Below are positions 28,021 through 35,339 of a stretch of 64,000 nt of DNA, piece by piece (positions within the stretch are counted from its first letter, which is position 1; each line of letters begins with the position of its first letter). The stretch lies in sequence record PZ445515.1; one strand, 5' to 3'. The DNA is from a phage. The notes beneath the pieces are model-generated. The model saw only the letters and a list, made by a program, of their open reading frames with translations. It ran no database searches and was not told the origin of the DNA. The translations under genes and the position numbers were made by a program.

Positions 28021-28095
28021 TGCGGGTTAGATCTCTGGTAGAGATCGCTAGTCTCATAAGCTAGAAAGAGGTAGGTTCGATTCCTGCACCCGCTT
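28021..28095 (+). tRNA. tRNA-Met/Ile2 (anticodon CAT)
   Basis: D-stem gatc/gatc, anticodon stem ctagt/gctag loop CTCATAA, T-loop TTCGATT, CCA encoded. Confidence 0.75.
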
Positions 28096-28118
28096 CCATT
28101 TTAATAGAGGATTTCGAA

Positions 28119-28286
28119 ATGAAAGTATTTCGATTAGTAGTAAGTGACAAACGGTTAGGTAAGAATACATCAAAATCCTTACTCGCTCATTATGGTAAAA
28201 ATTGGGATGAAGTAATGGTAGAGTTTAGTACTAATCACCCTTACTTAAAAGTCCACTCTATTAAAGAAGTGTATAATGGTTACTAA
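28119..28286 (+). CDS. hypothetical small protein
   Basis: 55 aa ORF between two tRNAs. Confidence 0.4.
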   Translation: MKVFRLVVSDKRLGKNTSKSLLAHYGKNWDEVMVEFSTNHPYLKVHSIKEVYNGY

Positions 28287-28287
28287 T

Positions 28288-28363
28288 AGATCGCTAGCTC
28301 AATAGGTTTAGTAGCATCCGACTTTTAATCGGAAGGTTCTGGGTTCGAGTCCCAGGCGATCTA
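28288..28363 (+). tRNA. tRNA-Lys (anticodon TTT)
   Basis: Acceptor agatcgc/gcgatct, anticodon stem tccga/tcgga loop CTTTTAA, T-loop TTCGAGT, CCA encoded. Confidence 0.8.
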
Positions 28364-28384
28364 CCAATTTCAAGAAAAACGCAG

Positions 28385-28413
28385 TTGCTTAATGCTTAAT
28401 TTCTTGTTATAAT
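28385..28413 (+). promoter_or_regulatory. T5-type early promoter (drives non-coding block plus tRNAs)
   Basis: TTGCTT -35, 17 bp, TATAAT -10. Confidence 0.6.
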
Positions 28414-28430
28414 ATTTATATAAATTGATG

Positions 28431-28650
28431 AGGAGAAATCCTCATCATAGTTCACTAAGGTATTAGCTCGACCTAGGACTGGCTGCCAAAAAGCACGATC
28501 CCTACGATTCGGGAGAAGTTCTAGATTAGTCCACTAGATTCAGTGGCAACTGAATAGTGTATCGGGTTTGCGAGATGACGCGGTTCCTTCCGCTCGAAGC
28601 GAAGGTGCTGTAGTTACGCCGAGCTAATAGCCTTAGTAAACTAAATAATT
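28431..28650 (+). ncRNA. candidate structured non-coding RNA
   Basis: No ORF; hairpin gatgagga...tcctcatc at 5' end; 10-nt complementary pair tattagctcg/cgagctaata enclosing about 150 nt. Confidence 0.3.
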
Positions 28651-28651
28651 T

Positions 28652-28727
28652 GGGGAATGGGTCTGCATGGAGTGGACACCTCGCTTGCACCGAGGACATC
28701 AGAACGGTTCGATTCCGTTATTCTCCA
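28652..28727 (+). tRNA. tRNA-Ala (anticodon TGC)
   Basis: Acceptor ggggaat/attctcc, anticodon stem cctcg/cgagg loop CTTGCAC, T-loop TTCGATT, CCA encoded. Confidence 0.8.
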
Positions 28728-28735
28728 CCAAATAC

Positions 28736-28809
28736 GCGTGATTGATGGAATTGGCATACATACCGTCCTTAGAAGTCGGGTTTTGAGGGTTCGAATCCCT
28801 TGTCACGCA
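28736..28809 (+). tRNA. tRNA with anticodon TAG (Leu-type anticodon, short variable arm)
   Basis: Acceptor gcgtgat/gtcacgc, anticodon loop CTTAGAA, T-loop TTCGAAT, CCA encoded. Confidence 0.65.
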
Positions 28810-28924
28810 CCAAATTTGATGGTCAGAGTAAATTAAACCTACTATCTCGGTTGAGCTGTTTTAATGGGTTCGAATCCCAGCGAGGCGTAACTGCCTGGTG
28901 TGATAGAGGCATCATCTTGTTATT

Positions 28925-29012
28925 GGAAGAGCAAATCGAATTGGTGACGAAAACCGCTTGGAAAGTGGCTGACTGGTAAAACGGCTTGAGAGTTCAAATC
29001 TCTCCTCTTCCG
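28925..29012 (+). tRNA. tRNA-Ser (anticodon GGA)
   Basis: Acceptor ggaagag/ctcttcc, anticodon loop TTGGAAA, long variable arm, T-loop TTCAAAT, CCA encoded. Confidence 0.75.
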
Positions 29013-29027
29013 CCAAACAATTTATAT

Positions 29028-29119
29028 GGTAGGTCAATCCAATGGCTGGCGCTGGACTCCGACTTGAAATCGGTTGATCGTAGTGATACGGTGTAAGGGT
29101 TCGATCCCCTTACCTACCT
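29028..29119 (+). tRNA. tRNA-Ser (anticodon TGA)
   Basis: Acceptor ggtaggt/acctacc, anticodon loop CTTGAAA, long variable arm, T-loop TTCGATC, CCA encoded. Confidence 0.75.
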
Positions 29120-29488
29120 CCAAATCCTGAAGTATGCCGGAATCGGTAGACGGGGCTGCCTAAAAGGTTTATAGGGAACATCCACTCCCTGCAACATACC
29201 TCATAAAGCGGCTGAGATAAATGGTCTATCTCGTGAAGGTTCAAGTCCTTCTGCTTCTTGATACACCAATGGCTCAAAGTGTAACGGTGCTATTTGATGC
29301 GCTTAGTAAGACTTCCCCGACATGCGTTCGGGAGTAAGCTGCTAAGACTAGAGTAGAAGAGTTTCTGAGAGCCGCCACAATTGAAAATTCGTACTCGTCT
29401 TGAGCTGCGTGCAATAGGAGATAACTTGATTAGTATTCTAGAACATGCTAATTGAGGAAGGTTTCGCTAACCCTGCGAGTTTTCAATT

Positions 29489-29562
29489 GTGGCTATATCA
29501 TAATTGGTTAATGATCCTGATTGTGAATCAGGCCTATGTGGATTCGAATTCCACTAGCCACC
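29489..29562 (+). tRNA. tRNA-His (anticodon GTG)
   Basis: Acceptor gtggcta/tagccac, anticodon stem cctga/tcagg loop TTGTGAA, T-loop TTCGAAT, CCA encoded. Confidence 0.8.
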
Positions 29563-29590
29563 CCAAATTAACTTAAATAGGAAATAAAAT

Positions 29591-29785
29591 ATGGCTGATT
29601 TCTGCAAACAATGCTCCATTGATATGTGGGGTAAAGATACTGGTGATCTTTCTGGTTTGATTACAGAAGCTGAGGTCAAAGAAGGTTATGGTGCAGTTGT
29701 GATTTGCGAAGGATGCGGCGTTATTCGTGTTGATCATGAAGGCAAACGTTTGGAAGAATCTGAGCCAACAACAATTTTTCCGTAG
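29591..29785 (+). CDS. small Cys-rich (zinc-ribbon-like) protein
   Basis: 64 aa; CKQC...CEGC pairs. Confidence 0.5.
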   Translation: MADFCKQCSIDMWGKDTGDLSGLITEAEVKEGYGAVVICEGCGVIRVDHEGKRLEESEPTTIFP

Positions 29786-29797
29786 AATAAAAATTAT

Positions 29798-29870
29798 TGG
29801 GATGTAGATCAATTGGCAGATCGTCGGCCTCTGACTCCGAAGGTTCCACGTTCGATCCGTGGCATCCCAG
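29798..29870 (+). tRNA. tRNA-Gln (anticodon CTG)
   Basis: Acceptor tgggatg/catccca, anticodon loop CTCTGAC, T-loop TTCGATC, CCA encoded. Confidence 0.8.
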
Positions 29871-29879
29871 CCAAATAAT

Positions 29880-29952
29880 TGGAGAGTAGTGTAACGGTTA
29901 GCACAACGGCCTTTGACTCCGTTAATGGTAGGTTCGATTCCTCCTTCTCCAG
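29880..29952 (+). tRNA. tRNA-Gln (anticodon TTG)
   Basis: Acceptor tggagag/ttctcca, anticodon loop CTTTGAC, T-loop TTCGATT, CCA encoded. Confidence 0.8.
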
Positions 29953-29962
29953 CCAAACAATA

Positions 29963-30036
29963 AGCGGTTAAGCACACGGGTTGTGCCGCAGGCCTTCCAA
30001 GCCTCGCTGAGTAGGGTTCGATTCCCTCTAGCCGCT
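29963..30036 (+). tRNA. tRNA-Gly (anticodon TCC)
   Basis: Acceptor agcggtt/tagccgc, anticodon loop CTTCCAA, T-loop TTCGATT, CCA encoded. Confidence 0.8.
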
Positions 30037-30055
30037 CCAACTTTAAGGAAACATT

Positions 30056-30307
30056 ATGCACGTTTTTGAGTTTCGTAATAAAAGTACCGAAAAACGAGTT
30101 ATTGTTATTGGAGAAACATACCGAGCATACGAACAAACTGACGGCTCTGTTATCCTGAATGATGAGAAAGGAGGTTTTAGCTTTTATCCAGAAGAACCTT
30201 ATGAAGAGTTTCGAAAACAATTTAACCTAGACTGGAGAAAGCATTTAAACACTGTTGCTTCATCTGTAGTATTGCCAACTACCAGTACTGTACTCTCTAA
30301 TGGCTGA
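30056..30307 (+). CDS. hypothetical protein
   Basis: 83 aa ORF. Confidence 0.5.
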   Translation: MHVFEFRNKSTEKRVIVIGETYRAYEQTDGSVILNDEKGGFSFYPEEPYEEFRKQFNLDWRKHLNTVASSVVLPTTSTVLSNG

Positions 30308-30464
30308 TAACCTAAAAGTCAAGATCGATAAACAAAAGAAACGTGTAGAAGTAGAGATTGGTGAAGAACGTGTAGCCTTCACCTTTGAATTTCTACAACA
30401 AATGGCAATGGCGGTTATGACTGATAAGTCTCCTGTTATTGAAAAAGAAATCCCGTTGAAATAA
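30300..30464 (+). CDS. hypothetical small protein
   Basis: 54 aa ORF, ATG overlaps upstream stop. Confidence 0.4.
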   Translation: MADNLKVKIDKQKKRVEVEIGEERVAFTFEFLQQMAMAVMTDKSPVIEKEIPLK

Positions 30465-30472
30465 CGGGTTCT

Positions 30473-30556
30473 GCTGGGTTGGCAGAATGGTTGAATGCAC
30501 CTGATTTGTAATCAGGAGGAGTAATCCCGTTACAGGTTCGAATCCTGTGCCCAGCA
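30473..30556 (+). tRNA. tRNA with anticodon TGT (Thr-type) and 15-nt variable arm
   Basis: Acceptor gctgggt/gcccagc, anticodon stem cctga/tcagg loop TTTGTAA, T-loop TTCGAAT, CCA encoded. Confidence 0.7.
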
Positions 30557-30573
30557 CCAACTTAAGGACTATT

Positions 30574-30741
30574 ATGTTTAAATTATTAGTAGTTATCTGG
30601 TATAGTCAATCAAATAGAGCGAATACCTCCCACGTTATAGACTTTAATACTAAAAATGAAGCTGAAAAAGCATATTCTAATTTAATAGAACGTAATAAAG
30701 AATCTCGTAGTATAGTTTATGAAGTGACTAAACTTTATTAA
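30574..30741 (+). CDS. hypothetical small membrane protein
   Basis: 55 aa from ATG 30574; hydrophobic N-terminus. Confidence 0.45.
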   Translation: MFKLLVVIWYSQSNRANTSHVIDFNTKNEAEKAYSNLIERNKESRSIVYEVTKLY

Positions 30742-30748
30742 AAATTCA

Positions 30749-30778
30749 TTTGCTTTCTCTCTTATTTATTGTTATAAT
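30749..30778 (+). promoter_or_regulatory. T5-type early promoter
   Basis: TTGCTT -35, 18 bp, TATAAT -10. Confidence 0.6.
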
Positions 30779-30808
30779 ATTTATATAAATTAATGAGAGG
30801 GAAGCCAA

Positions 30809-31102
30809 ATGAAACGTTATCTTTCTGTTGTGTTCCAAACTGGTGGTCAACGCTATACCTATGAATTTCCTGGCTCTTGGAAGATCAAAGAAGGTGATCA
30901 AGTAGTAGTGTTAACACCGCGTGAGGGTTTTAAGGTAGTAACGGTTAAGCAAGTATTTCCAAAAGAGCATGAACCAGCTAAAGGCATTCGCTATAAGATG
31001 ATTCATGGTGTAGTTCGTCAAGTACCACGAGCGGAAGTCGAAATCAAAGTAGATAAAGATGGTAAACTTAAATATACCTCTTGCTTAGACGAGTTGCTAT
31101 AA
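30809..31102 (+). CDS. hypothetical protein
   Basis: 97 aa ORF. Confidence 0.55.
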   Translation: MKRYLSVVFQTGGQRYTYEFPGSWKIKEGDQVVVLTPREGFKVVTVKQVFPKEHEPAKGIRYKMIHGVVRQVPRAEVEIKVDKDGKLKYTSCLDELL

Positions 31103-31308
31103 TGAGGATTACTTTTACAGAAAAGATCATGAGTAATGGTGTTATGATCATTACCGCATGGGATGGTAATCAGTGGTGTAGTGTTTCAGGTATTAAGCCT
31201 GAAGAACAAACACTAGAAAATATCTCAAAGATTAAGCGAAGAATGGCAGAACGTGCACGACTTCCAGGTGCACCTAGAAATGGCAAACGTTCTGCTGCAA
31301 AATGTTAA
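31081..31308 (+). CDS. hypothetical protein (start 31081 or in-frame ATG 31102)
   Basis: 75 aa ORF overlapping upstream gene end. Confidence 0.45.
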   Translation: MLRRVAIMRITFTEKIMSNGVMIITAWDGNQWCSVSGIKPEEQTLENISKIKRRMAERARLPGAPRNGKRSAAKC

Positions 31309-31309
31309 T

Positions 31310-31383
31310 GCTTCGGTAGCTTAGCGATCTAAAGCACTCGGCTGATAACCGAGAGATCGGGGGTTTAAATCCCTCCCGGAGTA
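31310..31383 (+). tRNA. tRNA-Ile (anticodon GAT)
   Basis: Acceptor gcttcgg/ccggagt, anticodon stem ctcgg/ccgag loop CTGATAA, atypical T-loop TTTAAAT, CCA encoded. Confidence 0.75.
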
Positions 31384-31400
31384 CCAAATTAAGGTTATGT

Positions 31401-31559
31401 ATGGAAGATATTGATAAACTTGCAAAAATATTTGCTGAACTTTCTGATATAGAAGTCTCAGAGAACTCTAGAATAGATATGTTTATTGACCAATATAGAG
31501 AAGGACTTATCAGTAAGAAAGATCTTCTAGATCTAACCTATAAAGAATTAACTAGTTAG
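31401..31559 (+). CDS. hypothetical small protein
   Basis: 52 aa ORF; TAG stop overlaps 5' end of next tRNA. Confidence 0.4.
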   Translation: MEDIDKLAKIFAELSDIEVSENSRIDMFIDQYREGLISKKDLLDLTYKELTS

Positions 31560-31626
31560 TTGGCAGAGTGGTTATGCACCTCCTTCATACGGAGCGACTA
31601 CAGTGGTTCAAATCCACTACTAACTA
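31554..31626 (+). tRNA. tRNA-Met (anticodon CAT)
   Basis: Acceptor agttagt/actaact, anticodon loop TTCATAC, T-loop TTCAAAT, CCA encoded. Confidence 0.75.
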
Positions 31627-31666
31627 CCATTAAAAGAGCTAGAGATAGCTAACTTTAGGAGCAGCT

Positions 31667-31861
31667 ATGTTAACAATTAAAATAATGTCAGCCAAGAATG
31701 GGGAACAGATTCATACAGGCAAAAGTGTAAGCTTTAATCCTAGAAATAAAAGATTGGCTATAGTTGGAGTAGACCAAGCCATCTTTTTAAAAGAAGATGA
31801 AGTAGCATATGTCATGAACCAAACTGGTAAGACAGTTTCCGTATACTATGGAAAAGTATAA
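31667..31861 (+). CDS. hypothetical protein
   Basis: 64 aa ORF. Confidence 0.5.
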   Translation: MLTIKIMSAKNGEQIHTGKSVSFNPRNKRLAIVGVDQAIFLKEDEVAYVMNQTGKTVSVYYGKV

Positions 31862-31903
31862 AGAATAAATAGCTGAGCCAAATTCTAACATCGGGGAGAT
31901 CTA

Positions 31904-32272
31904 ATGAAAGCATATCAAAATCTTAAATCTGGCGTAATTAACCTTGTTCATGAAAATCAGATTATTCAGCTATACTCCGACAACGGTGAACTTAAACAGA
32001 AAGTTCTAGTTGAAGATCTAGAAGGTATCACACCACAATTCGATCCCGAAGCCTTCCGTGAAGTCAAAGTGGAAGTCGCCCCTCAAATCGAAGGTGGTCA
32101 GCACCTAAATGTCAATGTGTTAAGCTGTGATCAGCTTTTGGATGCGCAGAAACATCCTGAAAAATATCCTCAGTTGACCATCCGTGTCTCTGGTTACGCT
32201 GTTCGATTTAACGCACTGACTCGTGAACAACAGAACGACGTTATTAGTCGTACATTTACTCAGGCGATGTAA
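31904..32272 (+). CDS. grcA: autonomous glycyl radical cofactor (GrcA/YfiD-like)
   Basis: 122 aa; [10 protein letters not shown]...[23 protein letters not shown] matches YfiD/PFL C-terminal glycyl-radical domain. Confidence 0.8.
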   Translation: MKAYQNLKSGVINLVHENQIIQLYSDNGELKQKVLVEDLEGITPQFDPEAFREVKVEVAPQIEGGQHLNVNVLSCDQLLDAQKHPEKYPQLTIRVSGYAVRFNALTREQQNDVISRTFTQAM

Positions 32273-32353
32273 TGGGGTTTGGGTACGATTTCTCCGAACT
32301 ACGTGAGGTAGTCGAGCAAACTCCGTTTATCTCCCAAGTTTTAGGAGAAATGT

Positions 32354-32668
32354 GTGGATCGAGCATTAAGACGCCATCACCGGCAACGTGTGAAGAACAA
32401 CCGCAAGAAGTATTGGACAGTCTTTCCACATGAAGAAAGCCCTAAGCGGTTAGGTATTATCACTACTACTCCTTGCATCTGTTCTTGTTGGATGTGCGGG
32501 AACCCTCGCAAATATTATAAGAATAGTAAAGCAGGCATGAAAATTTCGGAGATTAGGAAAATGGAAGCAATGATTATGGGCATCTCAAATGATGAATTTG
32601 ATGGCTTTGTAGGATTCGGAGAAGGAATCAGCTCAGGCTATTCCGAAGATGAACGCCCCGATCTGTAA
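32354..32668 (+). CDS. hypothetical Cys-rich protein
   Basis: 104 aa, GTG start after AGGAG; CICSCWMC cluster. Confidence 0.45.
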   Translation: MDRALRRHHRQRVKNNRKKYWTVFPHEESPKRLGIITTTPCICSCWMCGNPRKYYKNSKAGMKISEIRKMEAMIMGISNDEFDGFVGFGEGISSGYSEDERPDL

Positions 32669-32677
32669 TTAATAACA

Positions 32678-32713
32678 AACCCCAGCTATTGAATAAGTAG
32701 TCTGGGGTTTTTC
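32678..32713 (+). terminator. rho-independent terminator
   Basis: Hairpin aaccccag...ctggggtt followed by TTTCTG. Confidence 0.65.
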
Positions 32714-32789
32714 TGTATAAAGGTACATAATATATGTATAATAAAATTCATCCACATTAGGTTAATTTAAAAGACTTAATGGAGGTAAT

Positions 32790-33137
32790 ATGAGCCGTAC
32801 TTATCGTAAACAATCTGGTGATCAGTGGTGGAAGTCTAAAGAACACTTCTCTCAAGAATATTCTTTCTTCAAAGAAAATGGCTACTGGATTCGTGTTATT
32901 TATGCCAAATCCTGGGACGACATCAAAAAAGAAATGAAGGAAGCAACCATTCGTAATGAGAAAAAGGATGGTTATAACTGGAATTCCATTAGTAAGAATG
33001 TTAAGTGGCACTCTAATAAAATGGTTCGTCAAGGGAATCGTCAAGAACTTCACCGCGTGATGAAAGATCCAGAAAATTACGACTATAATCGCGATCATGA
33101 CATGCGTAAGCGTGGGTTATGGTGGTGCTATGACTAA
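32790..33137 (+). CDS. hypothetical protein
   Basis: 115 aa ORF with RBS GGAGG. Confidence 0.55.
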   Translation: MSRTYRKQSGDQWWKSKEHFSQEYSFFKENGYWIRVIYAKSWDDIKKEMKEATIRNEKKDGYNWNSISKNVKWHSNKMVRQGNRQELHRVMKDPENYDYNRDHDMRKRGLWWCYD

Positions 33138-33154
33138 ATTCTGAAATAATTCAT

Positions 33155-33183
33155 TTGCTAAACCTCTCTTTTCTTGCTATAAT
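33155..33183 (+). promoter_or_regulatory. T5-type early promoter
   Basis: TTGCTA -35, 17 bp, TATAAT -10. Confidence 0.6.
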
Positions 33184-33213
33184 ATGTTTATAAATTGATG
33201 AGAGAGGTTTGAA

Positions 33214-33495
33214 ATGAAAACTCGTCTAGACTGTGCTGTTCATGTTCTTGAGCATGATGTTGCTGGAACCTGTATGTCTTACCACGAAGCAGGTCGTTTA
33301 ATTAAAGAACGTGTGGCAGATGTGTGCGGATTGAAGATTACTGCTGAGGAAGCTGATGATCTTTTAGGTCAAGCACTGGAGAAAACCGAAATGTTCCTCT
33401 GCGATTCTTGTTCTTGGTGGTGTGAAGCTCACGAACGTTCTTTCAATGATTATGATGTATGTCGTGATTGTAGTGGGGAGGATGAAGATGAATAA
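33214..33495 (+). CDS. hypothetical Cys-rich acidic protein
   Basis: 93 aa; CDSCSWWC...CRDC; acidic C-terminus EDEDE. Confidence 0.5.
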   Translation: MKTRLDCAVHVLEHDVAGTCMSYHEAGRLIKERVADVCGLKITAEEADDLLGQALEKTEMFLCDSCSWWCEAHERSFNDYDVCRDCSGEDEDE

Positions 33496-33787
33496 GTTTA
33501 TTATTGCACTGATGATCTCCGCAGTTAGTTTCGGTTCTCTGGCGTCTACCAAAGTTTCTATGAAAAATGGTAATGTTAAAGTCCAACAGAACGGCATTAT
33601 TACCGAGTATGGTAAAGTTCGTGATGTTAAGGAACGTAATGGTAAAGTAGAAATCTATACTAATAAAAACTTCTCTACTCCAGCCATTACTATTAGCAAA
33701 CGCGGTGAAATAACCACCCAACGTACTAATAGCTCCAGTTCTTTTACTTGTCGTTATGATTGCGACTTTGAAGGTGAAGATGAATAA
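33488..33787 (+). CDS. hypothetical secreted protein
   Basis: 99 aa from ATG 33488; N-terminal signal-peptide-like segment; C-terminus EGEDE. Confidence 0.5.
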   Translation: MNKFIIALMISAVSFGSLASTKVSMKNGNVKVQQNGIITEYGKVRDVKERNGKVEIYTNKNFSTPAITISKRGEITTQRTNSSSSFTCRYDCDFEGEDE

Positions 33788-34175
33788 TTTAGACCCTAGA
33801 ATTAAATTTGCAATTACAGAAATCCAAGATCAAATTGATGAGGATTTCACTGTTTGGTCAAGGTCTGGTAATGGAGAATATTGCCAGCTTTATAGTATGA
33901 AAATGGGTATCTCAATTGAGCTTAATATCAACCCTGAAGGTAGAGTAGAAGCCCAACCCATGTTCAGTGTTCCAGGCTTCTCTGGATTTGTTGCAGGCAT
34001 AAAATTGTGTCTACCAAATAACCATCTTCATCGAGTTATTTGTCAGCTAGAGACTATTAAGCATTTCTTGCCAGAAGATAACATTAATGACTACTACCAC
34101 GAAGTTGTAGCAGCTCATATGATGAAAGAATCTAAACGTCGGAGAGAAGAACGTGAAAAGACTAAACATCAATAG
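33780..34175 (+). CDS. hypothetical protein
   Basis: 131 aa from ATG 33780. Confidence 0.5.
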   Translation: MNNLDPRIKFAITEIQDQIDEDFTVWSRSGNGEYCQLYSMKMGISIELNINPEGRVEAQPMFSVPGFSGFVAGIKLCLPNNHLHRVICQLETIKHFLPEDNINDYYHEVVAAHMMKESKRRREEREKTKHQ

Positions 34176-34449
34176 CACAGTGCAGATTCCAGCAACTAAG
34201 GATGTTTTAACATTCCTACGGAGTGAAAACGCTCAGTTTTGGCATGATCATGTTGTAAAGAACGGTAGTACTCCAGATGTAGTTGCCTTTGCTAAAAAAC
34301 GTATCGAAGAATATAAAGATCCAGAGATTAAAGATGGGATGATTACTATGCAATTGTGGGTAGCCATGAATACGTTTGGACCTACTATGAGTCTAGGAGT
34401 TACTCCACTGTTTACTAATATTCTAATTAATGAAAAGGATCTGAAATGA
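34153..34449 (+). CDS. hypothetical protein
   Basis: 98 aa ORF. Confidence 0.5.
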   Translation: MKRLNINSTVQIPATKDVLTFLRSENAQFWHDHVVKNGSTPDVVAFAKKRIEEYKDPEIKDGMITMQLWVAMNTFGPTMSLGVTPLFTNILINEKDLK

Positions 34450-34730
34450 TTATCTCTCCATTTGCCCTTTGGTTCGTCATTGGATCTATAGTAGCTATTT
34501 ACAGCTTGGTTGATGATCTGTATATTTCTAAGAATAAAGATGTAATATTATACGTTATACATAAAACTCGACCGTTAGATCTGCCTCCTCTTGATGATAA
34601 AACATTACTCAGATGTGCTAGATCTATGATATTTATTGTGGATATTCTTCTAGGCCCAACATCTGTGTTTTTCTTTTATAGAAAGACTCGTAATATGAAA
34701 AAATTTAAAGCTGAAATGCAGAATACCTAA
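34446..34730 (+). CDS. hypothetical membrane protein
   Basis: 94 aa, two hydrophobic segments. Confidence 0.5.
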   Translation: MIISPFALWFVIGSIVAIYSLVDDLYISKNKDVILYVIHKTRPLDLPPLDDKTLLRCARSMIFIVDILLGPTSVFFFYRKTRNMKKFKAEMQNT

Positions 34731-34840
34731 AGAACTCGCGTAGGACCGAGTTGCGTCACCTGCAACTGTTACGGATAAGGGAGTCGTGCCCCTTAGTGCG
34801 GTAAGTGGTGAGGTGGCTGCTAGCCATAACTGGAGATAAT

Positions 34841-35185
34841 ATGACTATATTACTAATTCTTGTTACAACTTGGTTTTTAATCGGTGCTGGATATGCGATA
34901 GCTATTATTAGACATTTGGATGAACATTCTGCTGAATGGTTTGTTAAGTATCTACGTATTGATGATCAAGAACAGAAGTTTAAAGATGAAAAGCAGAAAA
35001 AAGCAGTAAATAATATGACAGCCAAAGAATGCTTGTTCTACATGCGTATTGTAGGGTTCTTTGGACTATTAGTTGCTGGCCCAATTGGTTCTACCATTGC
35101 TCCATATAAAGAAACAGTTGCCGACATCAAATTGTGGAGAAACGCAGGGGTACTACGCAAAGCTAGAGAAACTAATATTACATAA
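34841..35185 (+). CDS. hypothetical membrane protein
   Basis: 114 aa from ATG 34841 after GGAGA; TM segments. Confidence 0.5.
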   Translation: MTILLILVTTWFLIGAGYAIAIIRHLDEHSAEWFVKYLRIDDQEQKFKDEKQKKAVNNMTAKECLFYMRIVGFFGLLVAGPIGSTIAPYKETVADIKLWRNAGVLRKARETNIT

Positions 35186-35228
35186 GATTGATACTAAATC
35201 AACTTACTAGCAAAAGCAAATAATGACA

Positions 35229-35265
35229 AAGCCCAGCCTGCACTTTTGCGACTGGGCTATTTTTA
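35229..35265 (+). terminator. rho-independent terminator
   Basis: Hairpin agcccag...ctgggct followed by ATTTTTAT. Confidence 0.6.
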
Positions 35266-35278
35266 TAATAAAATTTTA

Positions 35279-35307
35279 GTTGCTTAGATGCCCAAACTTT
35301 TGTATAA
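35279..35307 (+). promoter_or_regulatory. T5-type early promoter
   Basis: TTGCTT -35, 17 bp, TATAAT -10. Confidence 0.6.
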
Positions 35308-35339
35308 TATGTTTATAGATTGAGGCAAGAGGATTAAAT

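Noticed and set aside
29573-30220. 215-aa minus-strand ORF
   Set aside because: Runs antisense through tRNA-His, tRNA-Gln x2 and tRNA-Gly and a plus-strand small gene; translation is low-complexity; considered an artefact
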